Assembly (NCBI GenBank): GCA_032718475.1
Contig: JAUCBJ010003908.1
Coordinates: 1 to 52,261, forward strand
DNA from: Nemertoderma westbladi
Lineage: Eukaryota; Animalia; Xenacoelomorpha
Direction of reading: 5' to 3'
DNA length: 52,261 bases
The notes beneath the pieces were generated by a model that had not been told where the DNA came from, ran no database searches, and saw only the letters and a list, made by a program, of their open reading frames with translations. Shown one piece after another: positions 12,846 to 23,984 of the stretch (positions are counted from its first letter, which is position 1; the number at the start of each line of letters is the position of its first letter). A program made the position numbers and the translations under genes.

Positions 12846-13198
12846 ACACATCTCCAACCAGACACTATATAACATTGGAGGTGTCTCATTGGTTCCCACA
12901 AGCTTGACACTAGAACAAAATCGCCTCCGCTTTGCAGGACATTGCTTTCGCCGTGAGGACCAGCCAGTGCATAATCTTGTACTTTGGCAGCCTCATGGAG
13001 TGAATAAGCATGGAAAAACCATGACTTTCTTGAGATGCATCTTAAAGGACACTGGCCTTAAAGATGCGGATGATCTAGCAAATGTCATGGGTGATAGGGA
13101 GTTGTGGCGGTGCAATTTTGTTGACAAGCCGGCACAGCATTCTTAAAAATGCAGCTGCAATGCAGCATGCCGATCCTAGTAGTAGTAGTAGTAGTAGT
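12843..13198 (+). mobile_element. 3' end of RTE-clade LINE with (TAG)n tail
   Basis: HISNQTLY...RLRFAGHCFR...LVLWQP...MGDRELWR, typical of the RTE C-terminus, followed by tagtagtagtagtagtagta at ~13177-13198. Confidence 0.85.
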
Positions 13199-14001
13199 AT
13201 GTCACTGTCAGAATGTCAGACCCCTGTAAAAACACACCTAGTTCACATAATAAACTTTTAATAAAAATAAATCACGAAAGAAAGTGTCATATATTTATTT
13301 GACCTAGATTCTGAAAGTAGCTTTAGTGAAAGTCACCTAAAAAATTAAGAATAGAAAATGAAGAATATCTAAGAATACCCCTATATTTTACCCTTTATTT
13401 TCCTAAATATATTTTAGGCATAAGTGTCGTTTATTGTTTTGGTTCCTCCAACCTATCTCTGTAACCTGCTCCTTCACTTACCTGCATAGGTATGTGCATA
13501 CCGTAACTGCATAGGTACCTGCATACATATTACCTGCAATACTGTAATACCTACTGAAATAGTGAAAAACATTTAGGGGCAGAGAAAGTAAATTTTAGAA
13601 CAATAAAAATATATGCCTTTTATTTTATTATATAATGATAATTGGATTAGTTAGAATTTATAAGTAGATTACTTAGATCAGTGTCAATGGTAAAAATAAT
13701 AGGCCTAGATAAATTATTATAATATATTCAAACTTTTGAACTTAAACTAAGGATTGGATTTTCACAATGGCCATTGTTCTGTTTCAGAGTTTCAGAGATT
13801 TTAAACTCTTTTATAAAATACAAAAATAATAAAAATTGAATCATAAAAGTGTAAAACCCTTGTTCACCTGGTGAACTACTATTGTCCAATGAGAAAATTT
13901 ACTATAACCATTCATTATGTTCAGGGTGGTGGGAGGGTTAAGCACCGAAAATATAATTTTATATTATAGAGGTCCACGGGTACCGTACTGTCTGTCTATA
14001 T

Positions 14002-14083
14002 GGGAGCGTTCATAAAGTATGTCAAGCTCAACCCCCCCCCCCCCCCCCCCCCCTAGTGCGTGACATACTTTATGAACGCCCCC
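14002..14083. mobile_element. Miniature inverted-repeat element with poly-C spacer
   Basis: gggagcgttcataaagtatgtcaagc ... gcgtgacatactttatgaacgccccc, arms of ~25 bp, flanked by TA-rich sequence. Confidence 0.75.
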
Positions 14084-14267
14084 TATACTAATATACACGT
14101 GTATTATAAATATAATATTTTAATGAGAAGTAGCCTTTATTTTATTTAAGTAGCGAGTGATATATTTCCTTCTTTTGATTGCGTTCATTCATTTTAATTA
14201 ATGTAATACTAGGCCTATAATATTCTGACCGTTTTTATCTTCATCTTGTAAATAGTTTCACTTTGTC

Positions 14268-14524
14268 ATGGCAACACAATCGTCGCTCGCAATACGTAAG
14301 AATATTAACGTACAGATGCACGTCGCGCGACTTTTATCCCCGGCCTATTCCGGAGCGTCGCTCACTGTATTACAAGACCGTGGTGGAATGATCCCGAGAT
14401 CGCGGGTGCATTCCCAGGTTCTCCATATCACCAAACCGGCTACGAAGACCCTGCCGGTCACCTACGACAAAGGCCCGAAACGTAGAAAGCGGGATATATC
14501 CTATAGTAGATTGGTCTTCTGCAG
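14268..14524 (+). CDS. Predicted exon 1 of Cys-rich 'GWVKPG' family gene (copy 1)
   Basis: GC-rich ATG-initiated island ending ...YSRLVFC-ag|gtttgt. The phase-2 donor joins in frame to the acceptor at 17195/6 (AG+A=Arg, then CIESGKLF). Confidence 0.6.
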
Positions 14525-16299
14525 GTTTGTTATCCGTCATATTATATTATTAATAATTTTGTTTGTAAATTTTGTAAGTTACTGTGACAAAGTTAGAAAT
14601 GCACTGAATATTATATGATTTTAATAAAGATAAATAATTACTGCATTAATTACTTTGTTGGTATGTACCGCGCCAAAATGTTTGAAAATTTGATTTGACT
14701 CTAAATCAAAGGGGCGTTTTCTAAGCGCTGTAGCCATACTATCTATACAAACATAATATATAAAAATTCAGTACTTCATAGTTGCCGGTAAATCAATATG
14801 TTCATAAAAAATAGAAATAAGGCACAAATTTATGTTTTCTTAAAAATTGCAATTTAAAATTACATTTGGCGAAATATTAGACCAGAAATATCGACACCCA
14901 GAATGTCACAGAACAGAAAATTATCATATAATTGAGTTATAATGTCACCCCTCTTTTGATATAAAATGCAGTTATTTAATAATTACACCACCTTTACTGC
15001 TTTAAGCAACGTCGTTATTAATTATTACTTTTATAAATGCTCGCATTATTTACCGGACACTGTTACCTTTATTTCCTGCAAATGTGGCTGGTTGCGAGAA
15101 AAGGGACCTGGGGAAAAAATTTTCATTCTGAGAAAAACGCGTTTAAAGTTTGGCTCTTAAAATCGACTGTTTTCATTGGTTTATTGGTCGTTATTGGGTT
15201 TTATTAGAGCGAAATTCAAACTGTATTATACTAGTAATAGTACTAAGCACCGTATACACTTGTTTTTTTAGATTATCGTAGAATATCTGAAGCCTATTCG
15301 GTTAGTTATTGTACAAACAAGTTAATACACTAATAATTTAGAATTTATTATGGAAACTGAATCAGAGTGGCTGAACCTATTAAATAATAGGGTTTTCTAG
15401 GTCGCTGATCACGATAAAACTTGTTAATAATATTTTTTGGATAAGCAACTATCATTTTTTGTGGTATTTGGATCCCCCAGTATGAAAAGTACAAGTAAAA
15501 AAATGTCAAAATAAAAAAAATTGTGTTTGGTTTGATAATTCTGAACTTACGATGAAATTAGTTATAAATATTTCTGGTAATGCAAACCCAATTTTGGTGC
15601 TATTCTAGTGCGCCACAACGAAAATTACAAGTAGCACAAACTTATAAACTGTCAAATTATGTCTTTGGTTTGGTAATTCGGAAGCTATACTGGTTTTCAA
15701 GGTAGCTGATCACGATACAACGCGTTACAAATCATTCGTGGTAACGCCACTATCAATTTTGGTGCTTGTCTGGTGGGACGAAAATTGTAAGTAGCAAACT
15801 TTTCAAATTGCAAAAAGCGAATTTGGTTGGATAATACGATATTTTTTAGTGTCATATTCGTGATCAGTGTCCCAGAAAACCCATAATGTCTAAAATTCAG
15901 GTTAATTTGGTAATGATTTTTGGTTATCAAACTTTTGCTACTTGTATTTTTCGTGCCGCACATTGACACATATCGAAAAAATTGTTTTAATTCGTGATCA
16001 GCATTCCAAAAAAAACCATATGTTCATAAAATCAATTAAATGATGTGGTGATTTTTCATTATCATATTTGCACTACGATTTTTTTCGTGCCCCAAAGGGC
16101 ACATTCAAAATTACCCAAAATTTTCTAGAATGTTATATTTGGGTTCAATATTTGTGATCATTGTCCAAAAAAACCGCTATATATAGCGCAAAAATATATA
16201 TAATTTATATATATATATATATATATATAATAAATACATATTTAAATAATTTTGAGGAACTAATTAATGCTTTTGTTATGCGGGTCGGGAAACAAAATT

Positions 16300-16582
16300 A
16301 TAAGGTTCATTATCGGTGGACGAAAAACCGCTGACAACCCGAAAGTCCCTTTCTCTTGGATGTTACCTGTAAGGCAATGCGGGCGCCACTCTAACTCCCA
16401 AGGTGGAATACTCCGCAACCATCAAACACCTTTCTTTACTCACCCAGTAGAAGCCAATGTTGGCTGGGTGGGCGCGGCGCACCTATTATGTAATGACAGC
16501 ATGCTGGACGACGGATCGAACCGGGATCTCCAAGCCAGATGCGGAAGATGTAACCACTTCATTAGCCGATCTGGTTGGCTAG
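16300..16582 (-). mobile_element. tRNA-derived SINE
   Basis: Minus strand reads ...ggctaatgaagtggtta (A-box-like)...GGTTCGATCC (B-box), followed by a GC-balanced body. Lies in the predicted intron. 3' end approximate. Confidence 0.6.
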
Positions 16583-17195
16583 TTTATGCTGCTGTTGATA
16601 AGGGAATGTACATGTCAACGTCTGTGTGGCTTAATTACAAGGGCATTATAAACAAATATACAATAATAAAGTTAACAGTGCTAAATAACATTAATTTGTG
16701 TTTAAAATTGAAACTTTTGCAATATAACCTTAGTGTACTGAACCTCGTGGCTTTATTTACACTAACTCGTTACGTTCGTTCATGAAACAAACCATTAGGG
16801 TCAGCACACTTAAAATGCTACTTTACACATTACGTATTTATAGTTAATATTTATTACGCAAAATAGGTTTTACAATTTTAAAATGGTGATTTTTTAATAA
16901 ATATTTATAAATATTTATTTTAAACGAGACTTTATAATAAATTGGAAGGATATTCCTAAATTTGTATTTCACAAATTAAATTATAATCATTTTTGACAAC
17001 ATAGATTATTTATATTTATATTTTATAGCGCTCGCTTTGTTTTTGTAACGCTAGGCCTACTAAATAGTTTATTGTTTTGGTTAGATTAGTAACTTTTAGA
17101 TTTTAGAGAAAATATGCAATTATTTAAATGGGTGTAAATTGCAATGTCAAATATTTAAATTTAAATATTAACACATTTAAATTTATTCTTTACAG

Positions 17196-18158
17196 ATGTA
17201 TCGAGTCTGGCAAACTCTTTGCTTTGGTACTACAAACGGTGGCGGAGGTCGGGTCTATCCTCGCGTTCCTGCAGGACGTGAGTGTCGGCGGGTTTGTCGC
17301 AATTATATACCCGCGGTACGAGGGGGAGAGTTCCTTTCCCATTGTCTCCACAAAAGATGTTGTCATCCCCGTTGAGGAGGTTCTCAACGAGAGAAGGGAA
17401 TTCCCTCTTCCTCCATCCTTCGTCGACTGCCGGATGGTAGCCTTTGCGGTTAAATCAACAATCACGTTGATTAACATCGGTTACGAAGACTCAGTCTGCC
17501 CTGGGCCTTTGTGCGACTCCAGGTGTTGCTGTCTATCCACGGCAGCCACTTCGAACTGGGTCTTCGCCCTGGATGTAATCTCCCCCGGCATCCCTGACTT
17601 AAAGATTGCAACTTTAAAGTCAAGGAGATTCACTGATTCAGTTCTTTATTTGTTACTGCAGAGACGTTGCGAACGTCTCTTACAGATATGGAGATCGACA
17701 TCGTCGACGAGATGGAGGACTTCGTCCGTCTTAGCGTTAGCAACATAAACGACGCCGGGGGTTGGTATATTGTGGGTTGGGTTAAGCCCGGAAAGTCGGC
17801 TGAGGCTGAGAGTGAACTGCCGTCGCTTCCGACGGTACATATAACATCGGCGAGCCCGATTCAGGCCGTTGAGCTGGTGCGCCGGAACCTACAACTGGGG
17901 CTGCAGCCTGGCGTGACACGGACCTCTTCGGTAAGGGGTGGCGGAGGTTCGGGAATGAACAACAGGGGTCGTGGTGGCGCAGCTACGGGTCGCGGTCGCG
18001 GTGGCACAGCTGGGGAGCAGCGTGTTCCTCCAGGTGACGGTTCGGGAGTAGCCGATGGGGGTCGTGGTGGTGAAGCTATGGATCGTAGTGGCGATGCTAG
18101 GGGTCGTGGTGCCGGTGGTTCTGCCAGCGGCCAAGATAACGCTCCAACGGGAGTCTAG
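17196..18158 (+). pseudogene. Exon 2 of uncharacterised Cys-rich protein (CPGxxCD..CC, GGWYIVGWVKPG) with RGG-rich tail; one frameshift
   Basis: Acceptor tttacag|. ORFs 17128-17748 and 17667-18158 join if 8 bp at ~17638-17645 are removed. Colinear with the paralogue at 44809-45510. Confidence 0.7.
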
Positions 18159-19236
18159 GTATCTACAGTAGAGTGCAGAGCCGTGGAACATAACACTCCT
18201 GTCCCGTTGTATAACTGTGTGTGTAGTATAAATAACAACATAGCAGTATAGGCCCTATCTGCTATCAGTTTATGTAATTATGATCTGCAATACAGCATTA
18301 TCTATGTATATGTACTGTAGGTAGACCGTAGTATAATTGTGATGTTTTAATTACTTTATCTATATGTAATAGTCTATAATAAATTACTAAAGTAATGCAT
18401 GTTCATAATGATGTAGGCCTAAATGTTCCGGTACTTAAACACACAATTAAATACAGGCATGATTCGAATCAATAATCATATACATGGTTTTATGGTTTAA
18501 TATTAATACACTGTCCGAGTTCGCTCGACCTAGTAGTAGTAGTATTAATACACAGTACAGGCTGCTAGTAGTAGGTTATATCCTACCTATTTTATCATTT
18601 TTTCAACCATAGATAGGCTTGGCCTCAGGCACAGTACAGGGGAAATTAATAATAATAATAATCGCATGCATGTCATTGTTATAATTTATAAAGTAGCGGA
18701 TATTACATGTTTTCACGATTACTTATTTTATGCAATTTAGGATTATAATAAGGAAGATTGCCAAGAATGCGGCCCCATATGCAGCTACGACTTTTATTAC
18801 GATTTAATTATAATTATTTTTAATATTAAACTTTAAGGACGTGGAAACGGAATTTAAAGAAAAGGGATATAAAAGGGAATGCAAATGGACGAGGCAAGGG
18901 GGAACGGGAGTAACCTTGATGCCAATACTATGTCGGCAAATTAATATCCGGCATCAATGTTAAAATATGAAATAATGGGAAAGGAGCTTGTTACAATTAT
19001 GCATGTATTATTCTAACAAAAAACCATAAAAGTGAAAAAAACAGGTTACGGTTTTATTTTTTAGAGTATTCTGTTGTTTTATTTGAGTCGAATTTCTCCT
19101 CGAAAGGGATACATTCTTATTGCATCGAACGAAAGTCCCCTACCACCCAGGACTTTTGTTATAACAGTTTTGCAGATTTGGGGACTGAATCTTGACGTAG
19201 AAAATATTAAAACTAAGGTAACAGTTCCGTATCCGC

Positions 19237-19789
19237 ATAGCACTACATTTTTATACCATAAATCATGGTTACCATGGCAACATTGTAGAGTTCTAGAACA
19301 AAATATAAATATTATACAGTGACACAAATTCTAGAACTTAAATAAAATTAAAAATATAACGTTCTAGTACATAGCTAGTTATTTTTCAATTTTTAATTAG
19401 CTTGTAATTTAAAAAAATATAAAAATTGTTTTATTAATGTTTGGTGCTTTGGTAATTTTCAATATTAATTTAAATGTAGGCCTATTCAGAAATTTATTTA
19501 AAAATAAATTTTTTGATTTACTAGGTATTTTAATTAAAAAAAACTAGCTACCGGTATATGTTAGAAATATAACAATTTTCAATATTCATTTAAATGTATT
19601 CAGAAATTCATTTAAATACTTTTTTTTAATTTACCAACTATTTTAAAATTAAAAATAAACTAGCTATATGTTCTAGAACGTAATATTATTTTATTTTATT
19701 TATGGTTTATAATAGTATATAATTATTTTCATTTGTTCTACAACTCTTCAACGTTGCCAATGATATAAGTTTTAAAAATGTAGTGCTAT
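19237..19789. repeat. Imperfect ~550-bp foldback (long inverted repeat / MITE)
   Basis: atagcactacattttta at 19237 versus taaaaatgtagtgctat ending 19789. Inner arms also pair (ggcaacattgtagagttctagaacaaa / tttgttctacaactcttcaacgttgcc). Confidence 0.75.
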
Positions 19790-20924
19790 ACAGACCTCTA
19801 GTCAAAACGGTATTCCTTCTAGAATAATATTTTTTAAAAGGAACTAGTATAATAAATTGAAATTATATTTAAAAATTAACAAGTGCTACGATAACAATTT
19901 TTTTACGGGAAAGTAGGAGAACGGAACCAGTGTCGAAAATCATAGCTATGCTTACCTAAAACATAGCTACCGTAAAATTTAGTTGCTTGAATATCAAAGG
20001 GACATTTGATCATTGAAGGAATTGCAACAAATGTGAATTTCTAGAACTCTCCTCATATTATCAGGTCTCAATCTTTAAAATCAGTTCCAGATTTAATATA
20101 CATCTTCCACGTATGCAAGCGCCTCTGTACATTACTGTCGATGTCTTAAGTTATAATCAAAGTGGTTGTGAATTGTATCCATGGTAGCTAGTGGATGGAA
20201 CCTATTAATATGCGAATATTTTATATTTTATTATTATATTCTAATTGATTGGCTGTAACTAAGCTACCAAAAGCGGGATAGGAATAATAACTGGTTATTT
20301 TCCCTAGGGCGAATTCGGATATTTTTTTACATAGCCCACCATTGTATTGTTATTTTAAACAGTTTTTAATGGGGAATAACACAGGATGTTAAAATTAAGC
20401 ATTTATATGTGATGGATATAATATTTTTCGCAACCTTTAAGGGTTGTAATTTAGCGACTACTATGGTAACATAATTATAGTAATAATAAAATGAATAATA
20501 ATAATAACTAGTAGAAAAAGAACAAATAATTGTCAAAAGATGCCATCTGTTTTTTCATGGTATGATTAATTGATGTGGATCCCGAATAACACAAACTAGA
20601 AGTTCGTTTAGTTATCATGCTATACCTACTACACTACACGGCGAGTAATTCCATGAAAACCAAGACAATAACAATTACTAAAACGATAGGTATAATACTA
20701 CTGTAGCTAATTTAATTCTAGAACTATACGCATCTAACAGAGTATAATAACCAACTACATACATACACTTATGCAACACATATGATAATAATGACAAGTA
20801 CAATTTATTATACTACAATAATTACTACAACTATACTACTACTACTAGTAATAAATGTAATTCTAGAATTAAACCATACATATCTATCGGGAATTACTGT
20901 ATACGGCAATTCAATTTATGTTAT

Positions 20925-21680
20925 ATAAGCGAATGGATTTAAAACTTTATGTTGCATAATACAATGAATTAATCGAATGGGTATAACTTTATGTTACATA
21001 AGGCAGTGAAGACAGTAAATTTTGATTTTTCGAGTCACGAATATACACCGTGGTCACCGTTTAGCATAGGCGAGAATACAACTAATTCGAATCCATGTGT
21101 TGGGAATATAGTGGAACAACTACATACGAGATACTTCTTCGACTACTAGAACAATTACTATAGCTCTTCAAACTAATTCTAGAACTACTTTTACCTACTA
21201 AAAAAACCAATTAAATATAATTAAACCTATATAATAATAAAAATATAATAATAATAAGGCCAATTAAGCTATGCAATGGCTGGGTGAACCACCAAAATTT
21301 TAAGTGATGATATCCGCAAAGCCTTTAAATACATTATAGGATATAGGGTGGTGGGTGGGGATAGTGATTAGTGTTTATACATATAGTTAGGTAATTATTG
21401 TATATAAAGCGAGTTGTTATCAAAGGAAATGGATATAGCTTTATGTTACGAAAGTCAATGAATTTAGATTTTCCAAGTTACGAATAATACACTATCGCCA
21501 CCTTTTAGGGTAGGGGAGAATACAACTGGTTGGAATCTATGTACGTGGAATATAGTGGAACAACTATGTACGAGATACTTCTTTGACTATTACTATAGAC
21601 AATTTGACAATTACTATAGCTCTTTAAACTAATTCTAGAACTATATTTACCTACTAAAAAAACAGTTAAATATAAATATA
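20925..21680. repeat. Diverged direct duplication of a ~300-bp block
   Basis: ggaatatagtggaacaact..cgagatacttctt and ttactatagctct..aaactaattctagaacta occur at ~21100-21190 and ~21547-21645. Confidence 0.75.
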
Positions 21681-21728
21681 AATATCAGCAACGCCTAATA
21701 ATAATTAATCAATAATGATGAAGAATAA

Positions 21729-21914
21729 ATGATAAAAAAACTCATATCACTGGATTGTATACTTCAAGGAGGAAATAAAAGAGGTAAACAATATATAACT
21801 TTCCTGAAACACATCTTAAAGAACACCGGAAATTTAACAATACAAAATGATATAAGAAATCTCATCGGTGATACGGATTTCTGGCGGCGCAATTTTATCG
21901 ACAAGACAACATAA
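21729..21914 (+). mobile_element. Degenerate RTE LINE 3' fragment
   Basis: GGNKRGKQYITFLKHILKNTG...IGDTDFWRRNFIDK aligns with the RTE end at 12990-13130. Confidence 0.65.
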
Positions 21915-22131
21915 CTTAAGGGGAATATAACGTCCCAGGTTCAAAAAATTAAAAAAAATTTTTTAATTGACTCGAAATAAAATTTTTTCGTTGATTTTCA
22001 TAATGAAAAACGTTTTGCAATAGCTTCTCTGGTTCTCAAGATATGAGGAGACACTAACAACCTTCTAACACACAGCAGATTTTATAATTTTCTAGTGTAG
22101 ATAATTACTCCTGTTACTACCGGTAGTTGAC

Positions 22132-23980
22132 ATAGCTCAGTTGGTATTCGCACCATATTCTGTTTCGTAGGAAATACAGGAGCTCTATACAAGACTGTAA
22201 TGCATTTACACTTCGACCCTTCTCCAGTGATCACCGCCTTATTGTGGCCAAGGTAAGACTTAGTCTGCGTGCTAGCAGAACAACGAAATCTGCCTTGCCG
22301 CGGCATGACTGGTCCTCTCTGTTGCAACAGCCAAGTGTGAGATCCAGCTTCACATTACAGATGAGCAACAGGTATGAGGCTCTTGCCTCTGAGGCGGCAG
22401 ATCACTGTGAGGGCTATACTGCCTTTACAGAAGCAGTTAAGTTAGCAGCTGCAGAAACAGTTCCTGTATACCCTCGAAACAGGAAAAGGGCCCCCTGGAC
22501 TGACAACAAAATTCAAAAGTGCCGAAATGACCTTCATAAGGCGCAGAAAGAGTCCCGACTCAAACAGACTACAGCGGCCAAGAATGCAGTTAAGGCTGCA
22601 TCTAGGTCCCTGAACAGGCAGTACTCTGTTAATCTACAGGAGCTAATAAACCAACAGGTTGATGCCATCAATGATGCTGACGACAGCAGGCAATCATCCC
22701 AGGCATGGAAATCGATCAATTTGCTTACTGGGCGGAAAAGCCAACCAACCACCAAGGTTAAGGCTGAATCACCAGCCGATCGCCTCAATGGTTGGAAAGC
22801 CCACTTTGAAAAGCTCCTCAATAATGACAGGGTATTGCCTGATAACTTTATAGAAGTAAAAGTGTCTGAGTCTGTACTCCCAGATATTCCCATTGGCGAT
22901 ATCTCCTTTGCAGAAGTGAAGGCTGCTGCAAAGAGCATTAAGACCAATCGTGCCAGTGGAGTAGATGGTGTTCCCCCTGAGGTCTTTAAAATACCTGAGT
23001 GTTTAAAGCTCATCTATCCCATCATAGTAGACATGTACCGAACAACAAGAGTTCCACAAGAAATGAAAACAAATAAGTTGGTGCCAGTTCCCAAGGAGGG
23101 CAACCTAACACTCTATGGTTCTTTTCGGGGAATCTCATTGATCTCGATTGCTGCAAAGCTATACAATAGGATTCTATTAAATCGCATCAGGGATCCCATT
23201 GAGAGACTGCTCCGTGGAAATCAGAATGGGTTCCGTAAAGGTCGTGGGACCATGGAGCCCATTTTGGCACTTAGAAGGATAATTGAAGAATTATCAAAAA
23301 AGAAAGACATGCATGTGGCTGTTATCTTTGTTGACTTCTTCAAGGCCTTTGATTCAGTCTCCCGCTCACGTATGTTCAGCATACTTTCATTATATGGGAT
23401 TCCTGATGAAATTATTGCAGCAATCAGATCAGTATACGATGGTTCGACAACATTTGTGTCTACTGTTGACGGTGACACAGAACCATTTGAAGTGTTATGG
23501 GGCGTCCTCCAAGGAGACACACTTGCACCAGTCTTGTTCATTATTGTGGTTGACTATGTTCTACGCATGTCCTTAGATCATCATAATGATGATGGGGTGA
23601 TGATAACTCCACCTACTGGCTCCAGAAGTCGAGGAAATCCTGCCAAGTACCTAACTAATCTAGACTTTGCTGATGACTTAGGAGTACTCTCAGAATCATT
23701 AGAGGGAGCCCAACGGCTCCTCAGCTCATTAGAACATGCTGCTTCTAGTGTTGGTCTTTTTATTAACTCCAGAAAGACCAAAATTTTGACAGTTAACTTT
23801 GAAAGTCCTCAGCAAGTCTCTGATCGGATGAGCATAAGCTCAAAGGATGGTATGCTTGAGCATGTGGACGACTTCTGTTACCTGGGATCATGGATCCGGA
23901 AGTCAGGTGAGGACCTTCGAATACGTAAGGGAAAGGCATGGGCAGCCTTGAATAGGCTTTCCAGGATTTGGAAGTCACTG
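22132..23980 (+). mobile_element. RTE-clade LINE ORF (end of APE endonuclease plus RT), truncated at both ends
   Basis: AQL/xHILFRRKY..SSDHRLIVAK endonuclease end, NQNGFRKGRGT, FVDFFKAFDS, GVLQGDTLAP, LDFADD, FCYLGS. Confidence 0.93.
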
Positions 23981-23984
23981 CAGG

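Noticed and set aside
12445-13146. 233-aa plus-strand ORF as a gene
   Set aside because: Antisense of the L2 RT read through into the RTE fragment.
14440-14490. Possible hammerhead ribozyme (ggcccgaaacgtag)
   Set aside because: No CTGANGA core, and it lies within the predicted coding exon.
22126-22150. gacatagctcagttggta resembles a tRNA 5' half
   Set aside because: No B-box follows; it is better read as the RTE endonuclease AQLDHIL motif with a small insertion.
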